Below are positions 27,900 to 40,874 of a stretch of DNA of 64,000 nucleotides, in pieces. The notes below the pieces were generated by a model, which was not told where the DNA came from, did not search any database, and saw only the letters and a program-made list of their open reading frames with translations. Both the position numbers and the translations under genes were made by a program. This DNA is from Gnetum montanum. Taxonomy: Eukaryota > Plantae > Gnetophyta. Every line of letters starts with the position of its first letter. Position 1 is the stretch's first letter. The stretch lies in assembly GCA_015680685.1 (NCBI GenBank), contig MNCI01000326.1:192414-256413 (forward strand). Direction: 5' to 3'.

Positions 27900-29320
27900 A
27901 GCATATGGATATAAATTTTTGAAATTGAAAATGGATGTGTTAAAGGGAATATATAAAACTACATTTGACTATTAAGTGCATGTTCTAAACCCTATTAATT
28001 TGAAAGACAACATCTATCATGAATATAGTAGGATTAAACAATAATCATTAATACTAAAGATGACAAACCAGTGATGGCAATTTGTTGATTTATGAAATGA
28101 AAAACTAATAAATGAAGTTTTATAAAGTTTTTAAACCATTTAGATTTATTGGAAAATACAAATGTACTTGCTATAAGTTTCAAAAATATCATAAGAAAAT
28201 TACAAAATAATGAAGTGTTCTTGGTAAGATATAAAACAAATTAACCAAATTAGGAACAATAATATTCCATTTATGTCTAATATGATCAAATGCAAGATAT
28301 TATGGGAAATTGTGGTGCTCATATTCAATGATATTTTGACCAATTATGAAATGAATTATAGTTAAAATTTTCATTTAAGGCATGTACTAGTAAGGTTATG
28401 CTTAAATATGCATATAAATTAAGGAGATATTAGAATTTGAGACTATTTTTTTCTATGTACCATAAGGTCAAACCCATGTCTTATGACTTAAGAAACAAAC
28501 ATGTTGCCATTACTCCAAATAATGGTCGATAGTTTAGGAATAATAAAAGACCTTAAAAAATAAATCTAATTCCATCCCCTCTAGCTAATAAAATCATCAT
28601 CATGATGTATCATAGTATTAAAAAAATGTTTTGATCATTGTGCATTTATATCATTAATACATATACTAAGCTATTAAGGTAACTAACAATGAAGTGTTAG
28701 TTTAGTAATGATATTCTTAATTAGAAGCTCTAAGTCATGGGTTGAATTTGAATAGACAATGCTTGGTTAAAAACAAATTTCTATCAAAATATGATGGAAA
28801 GGTAAATGAAGTATTTGATGATGATTTTCTATGATCGACTATTTACTTGATGTTATATCCTAAAACATGTATATGTTTCTAATGTGATTTGAAGTTGTCA
28901 CACTTCTCAATATATCCCTTTCGAATTAAACTATGATACTTACGCATGTACAACCACCAAATTTGAGTATTCTAACTAGAAGTTTATGTTCTAGGAAAAA
29001 TTCCTTTTAATAGAGAATGAGGGTAAAAATGACTTCCTATGATCATCACATAATTTGTTTTGTGATCTACAAACCACATGTCATATGATCTTAGAAATTG
29101 AGCTATGTGTAATTGACCATAGTACATATAAATGTATAATTACCATGTTGAAACACTTTCAATATCATATGTTGTAGAGTTTTTTATGTATCCTTGTTAA
29201 GAAGACTTGGCTTTATTCTCATCTTGGATGAAATTTTCTATGATTTGAACTTCATTTTCCTTTACTAGTTATATTCTTAGCATATTATATATCTATTAAA
29301 TATGATGATATTCTTTGCAA
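27900..29320 (-). mobile_element. Very old, probably copia-like, coding remnant
   Basis: Only faint motifs: a KCFN knuckle-like stretch near 29150 and a WFVD protease-like stretch near 29070. Confidence 0.25.
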
Positions 29321-29608
29321 TAGGAACCTTGATGATGAAGTGTATTTTGACTGGCTTTGATATCAGAGCCCTAATATCGGATACCTAATATTAGGGATGA
29401 AGAAGTGATGCCAAATATATGATATCACAGGATGTGTTTTGGCCTATAAATATAAGACTTGGGCACATAATTTGGATTATCTTTTTTATACTATAGTAGA
29501 GCTCTTGCAATTTTTCTTCCCTAAAGTTAGCATATTTTCCCAAGTACCCACAATAGGAGTCATGAAGTGCATGGATTTTTATTTGAGCATTATTATACCT
29601 AAGCATAG

Positions 29609-31189
29609 TGTAGCGACCAAAAACATCGATGGCTAGGAAACACCGAGGGGTCGTCAGCCATTAATAGTCTTGACCTTGTCTCCGTGGGAGGGCTGTGCTA
29701 GATTGGGATGGAAACAGGGCATCCTGGATGGTCTGGTTGATCAGACAGGGACTTAGTCAGTGTCTATATAGCCTTTTGCAACATGTAATTTCAAAATGAG
29801 ATTGATTGCACGAAGGAATGCTTAAATCCAAAAGAAAGAGAAAACGATGTAAAATGCACTAGTAAATAGGAGATAATGTAAAAATGTAGTTAGAAAAATG
29901 CACCGCTTTGAAGCTATGGACTCACTCTATCAAGATGGATACAATCAGTTGCATAGCATTGAGAAGTACAGAGATCCCGAGAGTAACCGAGATGTGTAGA
30001 ACAAGATGGCTGCGTGCTTGAATGTAGGCTCAATCATTAACAATACGAAGTACTACCAAGGTGGTAGAAAAGAATAGAATGAAATGCCAACTAAGAATGC
30101 TAATTGTTTACAATGTCAAAATAGGAAGCTTACAATGCTCAAGGTCATAGTGCTAACATTTTCTTGTCAACCAACAAAATTGTTAGCCAACTAGATTTCT
30201 CAAAAAATTGGAACCCGAAAGTGTGAAAAGAGAGCCAGAGTGCCAGGAGTCCTTTAAGGATTGTTCATTGGGGTATTTATAGGACCAAGAATGCACAAAA
30301 GATGTGCTTTGGATGTGACGTGCCCTAGGTTTATGCTGACCTATCTATGCTACATGTGCCTACATGACCATTGGGCGAGCCTGCCATGCCATAATTACAA
30401 GCCTGCCATGCTATAATTACACTGTTAGAGCCACGGTGCATTTAGGTGAGCTGCATTGATGTCACATAAATGCTTACCACACTTTTCTATGCTTTGTAGC
30501 ATAGTATGTTTAACGTGGCATAGCATCTTGTTACGCTATGCTATGCTATGCAGCGTAGCGTAGCCACTGGTTCGAAGCAAGAAACTTCCATTATGTCTTG
30601 TTGCATGCACTAGAAACACTTGAAGCATGCTAACTTTTTGTTGCATTTTTCCAATGCTATGCTATGCTACATAGCGTATCATAGAGTAGCAACTGGACTT
30701 AGTCACAAAAAATGTCATCAATATGCAAAATTTGCCTTTTGCACTGCGGGGCTTGCGATCTTGTTGATCCCACCCTTGGAGATGCCTTTTGTCAACTTCT
30801 ATAGAATTTCTACACCTTGCTGTGCCATGTAGCTTAGCGTAGCGTAGCAATAAAAATGACCTAATTTTGACCAAGTTCGCCACTTTCTAACAGAAGGAGA
30901 CATTGCTGAAGGACATGAAGTCGGGTGAGGGGACTGATTCTTCAGCTTTTGCCATGCCATGCTACACTGTCTGGCACAACATAGCATGGCACTGCTTCTG
31001 CAAACGTCTTATGAATTTTTCTATGCTACATGGAATAGCGTAGTGTAGCAAGGCTCCTTTCCTAGAAAAACTCCCGAAGCAGACATTCTGAAGATCAAAG
31101 CATCCATCTCCTGAAGAACTATTGTAACGCTACATGAATTGCAAAAGGCCTAGTGAAGCAAGGATGCTTATGAATTCTGGGGTGTTTCA
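29609..31189 (-). repeat. Element E 3' LTR
   Basis: Colinear with 45586-47095; adjacent PPT; rich in GCTAY/RTAGC micro-repeats. Confidence 0.9.
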
Positions 31190-32264
31190 TTGGCCCCTCT
31201 TTATCGACATCTGGAGGATGAGCTCGAGAGACATTGAAAAAGAAAATGAAACACCACAGAAGGTACAACGCTATCATTGCCACTTCATGACCACTGGGAC
31301 ATCGCTCGGATATTCTTGAGAGTGAAAGGGCAAAGTAGGGAGGAAGGAGGTTCAGGAGAAGGGTAAAGATGATGTGTAGAAAAGTTCGTCATTGGAGTAC
31401 TCATGAGGGGCTTGTTCACATTTTTATCTTTACCTTCGCTGGCCTTCGACCCTCTGTAGGACAAGTGTTTCCTTCACAGGATGAGTTGCTTTACATCTGG
31501 GAAGGATTTTAACTTGCCTACAGAACCTTCCCATGCAGCGAGCTATATTACACACATCATGGAACTTGCACCCAAAAGTAGCCAAGGTAGTCGACGCACT
31601 CACTTCGCGATGCCATAGCGTTTGTTGTTGTGGCAAGTTGTAGTTTCAATCGCACCATGTAAGCACAACGAAGAGTGAAACAACCATGATGCAAAGAGAG
31701 GGGAAAAGGTCTTGCTTGCTGTAGACATTGTTGAAGCTCTTATACATCCTTGCTAGTGCACAATATCCAAAGTAAGAAGGCCAGCAGTGGCCTTGGCAGT
31801 GTCGGTGAGGAGGAGCTATTCTTGAAGGCACTGGGAGTTTTTGTGAGTGCGAATGCTCTAAAATCCCTACCAAAGGCATGCATTCTCAATTCAACTATGA
31901 GATCAGCTACCACATAGCTAAACGTTGTGTTAGCTAAGGCATTGGAAGGGGAATGGAAGATAATAATATTGTGGCTGGGCCACAATACTGCTGGAACTCC
32001 AGCTATGGGCATTGGCCAAGGAACTACGGTCAGGGTAGTGGTCCGTGGTGACGGTAGGCCCAAAGGACCAGTGTGACGTCATATGACATCTTCGAAGGAT
32101 CAGCATGATACCAAGGGTGTTAGTGTCACATGCGTTCTAGATCACATTCCCACTACATCGTGAACCACGTTCTGGAGCTATAATGTCCCACCTCCACATC
32201 GACACTATGCATGCTCGTTCGATGTGTACTTAGCATAGATGCATGCTGGGGATGTGACGTGAAC

Positions 32265-32703
32265 CCAATTTAAGGTCTTGGTAGACCGTGTGCTGGTTTA
32301 GAGTCCCAGTGGATTGCTGTGCTAGTTTAAGGTCCCAACAAACTGTACATGGCAATTTAACATCATAGCGGATGTGTCATGCTAGTTTATAGTCATAGCA
32401 GACTAGCTGTGCCAGTTTTACATCATAACGGATGGTTGTTGCCAGTTTAATGTTGTAGCAGATGCTACTTGTCGTGGTTGCCAGTTTATCATCATAGCAG
32501 ACAGTGCTCGATGTTGCTAGTTTAACATCATTGTAGACACTGGTTAATGTTGCCAGTTTATCGTCATAGCAGATGGTACTCGATGCCGCTAGTTTAACAT
32601 CATTGTAGACACTGGTTGATGTTGCCAGTTTATCGTTGTAACGGACGCTACTCATTGCTATTGCCATTTTATCATTGTAGGGGATGTTTCTTGTTGCTGC
32701 CAT
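32265..32703. repeat. Tandem array (~30-39 bp, mostly 36 bp) downstream of integrase in E
   Basis: Recurring TGCCAGTTTA/TGCTAGTTTA core, e.g. at 32410, 32440, 32479, 32515, 32552, 32623. Confidence 0.85.
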
Positions 32704-32706
32704 ACT

Positions 32707-35700
32707 TTAGATGTAGTACGGGTTGAGGTATGAGTGATTCACTGGGTTGGTGAACTCGTTGCTATCCATGTCCACCAGCTTGAAGGCTCCATTCCCAAAG
32801 GCTTTGGTGACCATGTAAGGGTCTTTCCAGTTCGCTAAGAATTTGCTCACATGCTCACGGATGGCCTTGAGGACAAGGTCTCCCTTCTGTACCAATCGTC
32901 GATGTGGGTCTGCACGGTGCTTTTGCTATTTCTTCCTCTGGTAGTGCTCTATGCATCTTAGCATCTGCACGTGCTCCTCATCTATTGAGTTGAGGTCGAT
33001 GATCCATGAATCATTGTTCTGGGCCTTGGTCACAACATCCGTAAGGATCATCCAGAGTGATGGTACCTACAGCTCAAGAGGCAACATAGCTTTAGATCCG
33101 TAAACAAATTTGTAAGGAGTCTTACTTGTTGTGGTTCTGCATGCCATTCTGTAGGCCCATAGAATGTAGAGGATTTGCTCATGCCACTGCCTCTTGCTAT
33201 TGCCAAGCATTCGCTTCAGCAAGTTGATGATGGACTTATTTGTAGCCTCTGCCTATCCGTTCACCTGTGGGTAGTACAGGGAGGAGAATGATTACTTGAT
33301 GCCTAGGTTGCTACAGAAGGTTCGAGTTTCTATACTACTGAATTGTGGCCCATTGTCAGTCACAATAGTCATTGGAAGATCAAACCTTGTCACAATGTTA
33401 TCTAGGATGAAATGGAAGATTTTTTGAAACATCGTTTTCCTCAGGGGAATAGTTTCCATCCACTTAGTAAAATACTCAGTGGCAGTGATAATGAAACTAT
33501 GCTCTACGGAGGACTTAGGTGTGATAGGCCCTATGAGGTCTAGTCCCCATCGTTGGAAAGGCCATGTGATTTGCATTGGGTATAGGTCCATAGGTGAGAT
33601 GTGTATGATATTTTCATATCTCTGGCACATGTCACATGTCTTGAATTTTGATAGGTAGTCATGCTTCATGTGAGGCCAATAGTACCCTAGGCATCTAATT
33701 TTTGCAGCCATAGCCCTGGGTGCTATATATCCACCGCACAGCCCCTCATGCACTTCATTAACTACTTTCTGCACCTAATCCCCATCCACGCATGCTAGCA
33801 ATATCCCATCGTAAGGACGTTGGCACAGGGCATCATTCCCCATGAGTGTATATTACCAGGTGTGCTTGTGGATTGCATCTCTCTGAGTAGATGTTAGTTC
33901 ACTTGGGGTCCACCATGTTGCAGATAGGCTTTAAATTTAGCGTACCACTCCTAGGTATCGGTGGCACTAATAGAGGCCATGTGTCCTACCTGAGTGATAG
34001 GCTTAGTACATTCATCAATCGAGGTTGGTAGACTTTCGAACGAGTGTGGTGGAATGTTTAATGCAAGGGTGGCTAAGGCATCTGCCATGGTGTTCTCATT
34101 GCATGGCACTTGTTGCACATCTGTGGTTGTGAATTGCTTAAGCAAGCTTTTTGCTAGGTTGTAGTAGGGTTGTAGGTGCATAGCTCTGTAGGCACAGATC
34201 CTGATGATTTGATTCACAACTAGTTGCGAATCACTACGGACTGCCAAGTGTTGTATGCATAGTGTCTGGGTAGCAGAGAGGCCTCTGAGTAGCCCCTCAT
34301 ACTCTTCCATAGTGTTGGTGTAGGGGAATGTAAAACAATAAGCAGATAGGTGCATTTCCCTAGAGGGGAACGTAATGATGGCAGCTATGCTACTTCCTCA
34401 TGCGGTTGAAGCACTATCAAAGTGTAGAGTAGCTTCTAGGTATGATGGAACAATGTTGATTATGCCAACATGCTCATCTAGGAATTTGGGATCTATGGTT
34501 GTGTGGTCGTTGACGGGTGAGGCTGTAAGTTGTGTTGCTATGGCTTGACCCTTAGTCTATGACTGGCTTACATAGTGTAGGTTGAACTCTGTGGTTATTG
34601 CTTTCATACAGGTTGTTAGTGATAGCCCAGAGTATGTTGCCTTTGTAAATGATGTTGACTACACTGTGAAATAGATAGTGCCTCCACCCTTTCAATGCAA
34701 ACACTAAGGCAAGGAAATTCCTCTCTACTTAGTTGTATTTTTTCTCATGAGCTATTAACGCATGACTTAGGTAGTACACTGGTATCTTAGATCTGTTGTC
34801 TCATTTCTGACATAGCAGTGCTTCGATAGATGTGTCGGAGGTGGCGAGGTAGATGAAGAAAGGCTTATCCCTTTATGCTAGATGCATAGTTGGAAGGTGC
34901 AAGAGTTCTTCCTTCAAGTCATCGAAGGCTTGTTGACACTGGGTTGTCCAACTCAAAGTCAACCCCTTTCTTTAGAAGATGTTTCATGGGGTGTAACTTG
35001 TCAGTCAACTTTGCTATAAACCTTTGGATGAACTGTACCCTACCTTGCAATCAAAAAAATTATTTAAGGTTTGTAGGAGGTACCAGGTTGACAATGGCCT
35101 TGACTTTGTCAAGGTCCATCCTTATTCTAGCCTCCGATACCACAAATCCTAACATGCATCCGATTTTCACACCGAAGAAATACTTCTCAAGATTAAGGCA
35201 TAAGTCGTGCATTTGAGAACAATTAAAGACTACCCCTAGATCACGTGGGTGATCAGCTGCCTCCTTGGACTTGACCGCTATATCATCCATGTAGTCATTT
35301 AGTGTTTCTAGGATGTAATCGATGAAGATGTAAGTCATGGCTCGTTGTTAGGTTGCTATAGCATTCTTGAGTCCAAAAGACATCCTAGTGTAATAGAAGG
35401 TCGCCCATGGAGTCATGAAGGTTGTCATTAGCTGATGTTCTGGGTTGATGAGAATTTGGTTGTAGCTGGAAAAGCCATCCATGAAGGATAACAGAGCATG
35501 ACCAGCCATAGTGTCGATGAGTTGATCGATGCTTGGAAGTGGGAAATCATCTTTGATCATCAACTTGTTTAGATCCTGGAAGTCTATGCAGATTCGTATC
35601 CCTCCTATTTTCTTAGAAACCACGATGATGTTGGACATCCATTCTGAATAATCAACTAAGTGGATGAAACCAGCTTGGTATAGCTTGGTGATTTTGTCCC

Positions 35701-36166
35701 TTACAGCTAGTGCAATTTTTGGTTTGACTTTTCAAGCCTTCTACTTTACTACCTTCATGCGTAGGTCTAGGAAGATGTTGTGCTATATCAACCGTGGGTC
35801 TAAACCTGACATGTAATTATATGACAATGTGAATACTTTGATGTTGTCTTCTAGAATTTTGGCTACATTTTCATGCATTTGCATGTCTAGGAGGGAGCTA
35901 AGCTTTAACTTCTTTACCTCCACCTTGAGTATGGTCATAGGCGTCTCGACGAGAGGGTCCTTGATTACATCCCCAACCTTCAAATCTACGGTTTGGACTA
36001 GATGATCGAGCCAATCTGGGGATGCTTCTAAAGATGCTATTGTGCTGGCTATGGTTGACCCCCAGTCGATTAGTTCTGGGTTCAATTGTATCGTGGGCTT
36101 GCCATGTGGACCTACTAGGGTTAAAGGCATGGAGAGATTGCGATGAACTTCCATTTTTTGCTTAAC
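32707..36166 (-). pseudogene. pol: Element E RT-RNase H-aRH-integrase remnant
   Basis: RICIDFQDLNK, DDFPLPSID, FMDGFSSYNQI, MSFGLKNA, YMDDIAVKS; integrase HEGLCGGY, WPFQRWGLDLIGP, TDNGPQF, GDLVLK..WKDPY. Confidence 0.95.
33951..34430 (-). pseudogene. Archaeal-type RNase H (aRH) domain of element E
   Basis: LHFDSAS...TNTMEEYEGLLRGL...RSDSQLVVNQI...VPCNENTMADALA, between RH and INT. Confidence 0.88.
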
Positions 36167-36414
36167 CTGTCAACATGAGATGAAAGCCTGGTTAAGAGGC
36201 ACCTATTGGTAGTAATCGTGTATAATGAAAACATGCAAAGCAATGACGAGATGTAATATGTAGAGATTAAAATTTTTCTAGTTTAAATTCATGGAAGACC
36301 GTTATGGCATGGAGATGCAGAGCTGCTAAAATGGGAAATGGAAAACTATCGACGTGAAAATGTGATGCTATTAGTTTAGTGTCATTGTAGACTGCAAACA
36401 TATAATAGATTAAA

Positions 36415-36595
36415 AAATGCTGGTTTAAGGTCTTTTTGAAGCGCAAAAGTTGCAACTATGTTGGGGTTTGCTAGTTTAAGGTCTTTTTGGACTGGTAAAA
36501 GTGCAACTATACTACGATTGCTAGTTTAAGGTCTTTCTAGACCATGTAAAAGTGTAACTATGCTACGATTGATAGTTTAAGGTCCTTCTGGACCA
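36415..36595. repeat. Tandem array, ~50 bp unit, ~3.5 copies
   Basis: (G)CTAGTTTAAGGTCTTT...AAAAGTGCAACTAT recurs at 36471, 36521 and 36572. Confidence 0.85.
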
Positions 36596-36813
36596 TGACA
36601 ATCGAAAATATATTTTTTTCATTTTTCAGGAAAGCAAGCAATTAGCTTGAAGTGTGTCAAGGTTTTAATGCTAACAATGCTACAATGTCATGGCGAGCAT
36701 GCTACGTTGTACAATGTTCTCTGCATTAAATGGAGAGAGAGAGTGACAAGTTTCCCTTTTTACAATTACAGCCATAAATAGGGATTAAACCCTGGTAAGC
36801 TTGCCATTCTCAC

Positions 36814-36820
36814 TATAAAA
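36814..36820 (+). promoter_or_regulatory. Candidate TATA box of the antisense gene
   Basis: TATAAAA about 107 nt upstream of the ATG at 36927. Confidence 0.4.
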
Positions 36821-36926
36821 GTGCATAGCCTATATTTGGAGCACAAGGCGATTTCAGAGTGATTGTGCTAATAGTGAGCAAGGGAATTTTCTACACATCA
36901 ATGATGAAAAGAAATCTGTGAGTAGG

Positions 36927-39900
36927 ATGATGGCTCCAAAGAAGGAATGCATGAATTTGGCACTTGCAAAGGTCGAGCAGGTGAAGCAAACCCTAGGGCA
37001 CATGACACAAGAGCACGTGACAGCGCGGAAAGACATACCATTGACCCGGTAGGCTACTATGTTCCCTCTATTTTTCCGTGATTCTGTTATTTTTTTTCAC
37101 TTCTGTTCTTTTCCGCTTTCATTTTGCATCCTATTTTAGCCATTTTCATTTTCTATCATTGCATTTTTTTGGCCTTTGCATCACTACTGCTACCATTTCT
37201 GCCACTGTAAGTGGATAAACATTATGCCATCGTTGCATGCAAGGTTGCTTAAACCACCACCGTCGCGGTTGTCATAACTGCGGGGGTTTGGATAGTTTCA
37301 GTTACTTGGATTTTGAATGGCGTGACGTAGGATCTTGAGGGGGGTTTGGGCCATGTGTGATGCAATAGTGCGACATGTCTTTTGTCGGGGCGTATTGTTA
37401 ATTACCCTGTTAGGGTTAATTGCTCTATTACTATTCTAGGCTATTTTTGCTACGCTACTGCTTTCATGTTCTTTCTATGCTATGTGCGAAAAGAGGATTA
37501 TGCTACACTATATGTATGAACTACTAGGTATTGCTATGTTGTGTATGTATTGCACTTAGACATGATGCTAACACTTGCTAGTTGTGTTGTGAAGGATGGG
37601 GCTAAGGCAAATCTTGATTATTTTAGAAATTAGAGGGGTCTTGTGTCATGTAAGAATACCTATGGCCAATGATCCTCCTCCCCAGATACATCTGGGAGAG
37701 CGGTGGGTCTGGTTCAGGAAAGGGCCACAAGACCTACAATTCCTCATCAACCATTTTAGTGTGATTGTTTGGTCATCCCTAGAGGAGGAGAAGGTGATCG
37801 ACATAATAGAAGCCATATTTCCTAGGGCAAGTTGGGGCATTCTGAGGTTTTTGACTGATAGGGTAATCATGAGAAGGCATGGAGAAGGATCTAGTCAGTG
37901 CCCAACAAAGTTAAGATGTTTAACTGAGATCTAGGATATGCCTAAGTGCAGCTGGTACCACCATTACAACACACTATTTCTAACACATTATATGGCGACG
38001 TGCTTCCAGAACCCATAAGGAACTTTCTACTGTGCTAGCGGGTGAGTTTTGCAGCCTTGTTCCGCTGTGTTGTGCGATGCTGGCCACAGTAGGCCCAATA
38101 GGCCAAAAAATAAGTGTCGCATGCTTAAGTGTCCTTGCAATTTTTGTACTTTCTATGTTTTTTTGCTAAACGTTTTTGTGAAAACTGTTGCAGGGGCAAA
38201 GAAGCCCCAGGAGGTGACGGTGGTAACCACTAAGAAACAAGGGGCAAATATCTACTTCAAATATGGCAAAATAGAAGTGATCCAACGCTAGATAAATGGT
38301 GTGGCTTCAGACTTCTTGGTCCAAAACATAAAAAAGGTTGGGCTTATGGATCTATTCCTAGCCCCAAATCCAAGAATTCCTACTACCAAGATGCTTTCCC
38401 TAGTCAACTCCTTTTCTGAAAAGGTGAACCACTTCCACATGCACATATGGGGCATGCAGGTGGTCATTGAAATCAATGACAAGTTGTTTGTGGACCTATT
38501 AGGTGTCCTTGCCAATGGCGTTCTCATAGGGTCAAAGGGAAAGAAGGAGCTGATCCTTCAAAAGAAGGATATTAAGGAGTGGTTGGGGATTTCGAAGGAG
38601 CAAAAGGGGCTCCCCATGGAGAAGCTTAAAGACAAACCCGCCAAGGAGATTTGCCCTATCTTCCATGCTTATCCATTCCCCCAGCTGCTTACCTAATTGC
38701 TTATCCAAGAGAAGGTCCTAGGGCTTGAGTAGGCCTAGATAATGCATGAGGTCATGGAAGAGGGGACCCATTACAACTGGGCTAGCTTTCTATGTAAAGG
38801 CTTGTAGGCTAAAATTTTGGGACTTCGCCAAAAATCGAAGTCTTGTTTCAACATACGTTATGCCTTCTACATAGACTATTTGAAGAGCTTCGTGGAGTTT
38901 CTAGTGGTTCATGAGAATGGAGTCTGGGTCATGTGAAATTACAACCATATTTCTAGACTGTGGATTCGCCAAATCCTCCAAACCACATGAGCCCAAGATC
39001 CCCCGAAAATAATTGGGGAGTTGTTCTCTGTGATGACTAAGGATCAGGTGGCTCGCAATGTTTTTGGGTAGGACAGCATAGGAGAGACACCCCCTGCTAT
39101 AGTCAGTAGTGTGTCACAAGGGGAAAGTCTCATAGCTAAGATTGTGCCCAAGAAATTGTAGCTGAAGAGGCCTCCCCCAGCCAAGGAAACCCTTTACGTG
39201 GAGGAGGAAGAGGGGCGAAGACTGCAGCTTAAACTATAGAGGATGCAACCCTCCATTGGTAAAATCTTTTGTTCAGTGCTTACTTTGTCATTGTTTGCAA
39301 CACTATGCTCTGCTAGGCAGCATTACTTAGCATAGAACCCACTTTAACATAACCTGTTTTGGACTCATGCAAACATTCTTCTTTACTAGCAGAGGAAAAG
39401 AAGAAGAAGAAGAAGGCGACGAAGAGGTGTCGGCCCCTAAGATGGGGGCAACAAATAAAGACACAGAGGGAGACGAAGAGGTGTCGGCCCCTAAGAGGGA
39501 AATCATAATTGGACATTGGTAAGTTTGGCAATATGTCTACCTTGTCATAGCCCCATTTCAACCATTTCTAATATGTTTAGTCATGTGATAGGCACTACTA
39601 TTGATGCTACAGGACCCTCTCTGACTCGTGAAGAATCATGGGCCGAGATCCCTGACAAGTTTACATTCGTGCAGGGAATCGTTGATGACATGATCAACCA
39701 CCTTCAGTAGGAAAACCCTGATGTGGGTAAGTAGTAGTGTTAGGTGCTCTCATGTTGTTATGCTAGAAATTTTTTATTTTTCTAATCTTGCTATGCTAAC
39801 GCGATTCTTATGCTCTTTGTGTCATGGTAGCCTCTCGGCTCAAATGGCACTTGGCACGACCTTTCAAGGTCAGTGTTGTGCCTACATTCCCATCTGAAGT

Positions 39901-40874
39901 GATCGAGGTATTTCTTCACATGTATGACAAGGCTTGAAAATGTGTTTTTCACTTGGCAAGCTCCTTGTGGGAGTATAAGCGCATCAACGAGGACCTATGG
40001 AAACAGGTCCAAAGAGCTAAGCAAAGAGAGGCTGACCTGGTCACCAAGGTGGAGGATCTCAGGTCAAGGAATGAGTTCCTCATAGCCTATGACACTCATA
40101 ATGAGAACTGACACACGGCTATAATAGACTACACTAGGTTTTGGACTGTTGTGCATCAGAATGTTGAAGCCACTTGCTAGCTAATCGAATAGTGGATGTA
40201 GATAGAATTTCTAGTCCAGAAGTGTTAGGATCTCAAAGACTTTAGCACCAAGGTTTATGAATGGGGGTAGTCCCAGAGAAACCATAAACACATGTATAAA
40301 CAAAAAAATTCCACCCATTGTAAACTGTACAGGGACACTACTATGGAGGTGTTTATGTATAAAGCATTCATAAATGCCATTGATGCTTCTGAGGCCTATG
40401 CCAAGTCCAAGGAGTAGGTAAAGGTTACAGAATATCTTGACCTAAAAGTGGACCTTCCCATAGGAGAGACAAAAACTGTCTCCTTTTCTCTAGCACCACC
40501 AAGGTGGACAACCACCAAAAGGGAGAGAATTGCTGTGGACGCTGAACCAAGCAATAGGCATTGGATGGACATCATGGTAGAGGAGGTCTGTCATTGCCTC
40601 AGGCCCAGTTTAGATAGGATAACCTTTGAGATAGACACAAGCCATTCTAAGGTTAGTTGCTTTCTACTTTGTTAATGCTCATGCTCTATCCCAAGCTGCA
40701 TGTGTTGCTTTGGATGACCACTTCATTCCTACGATGCAGGCTCTAGATGAGGGTGCAGAGTCTGTAGAGGGAGGGAATGAAGAACTGGAATACGGCAATG
40801 TAGGGGAAGGTGATGTAAAAGGAAATCATGCAGAAAAGAAAGGCAAAGATGATGCAAACAAAGACAACCCATGA
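36927..40874 (+). pseudogene. Antisense 7-exon accessory gene inside element E (FCP1/NIF-like HAD domain + TE-accessory-like domain + basic exon + coiled coil), decayed
   Basis: Exons 36927-37048, 37595-38041, 38194-39258, 39390-39518, 39613-39726, 39831-40651, 40740-40874. All introns are GT..AG and T-rich; 5 of 6 junctions are phase-consistent. Starts MMAPKK and ends DNP*. Internal stops are explainable by C->T/G->A. Confidence 0.75.

Noticed and set aside
29359-29371. TGATATCAGAGCC resembling a copia iMet PBS
   Set aside because: It lies inside the start of the D LTR, in a GATATC-rich segment also seen in LTR C; no copia gag follows.
32377-32703. 108-aa ORF with YNDKLAT repeats
   Set aside because: Translation of a tandem DNA array whose units are multiples of 3; no evidence of coding.
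39869-39960. Possible extra intron (GTCAGT...AAG) in the antisense gene
   Set aside because: Splicing it breaks the frame, whereas reading through keeps exon 6 in one frame to 40651.
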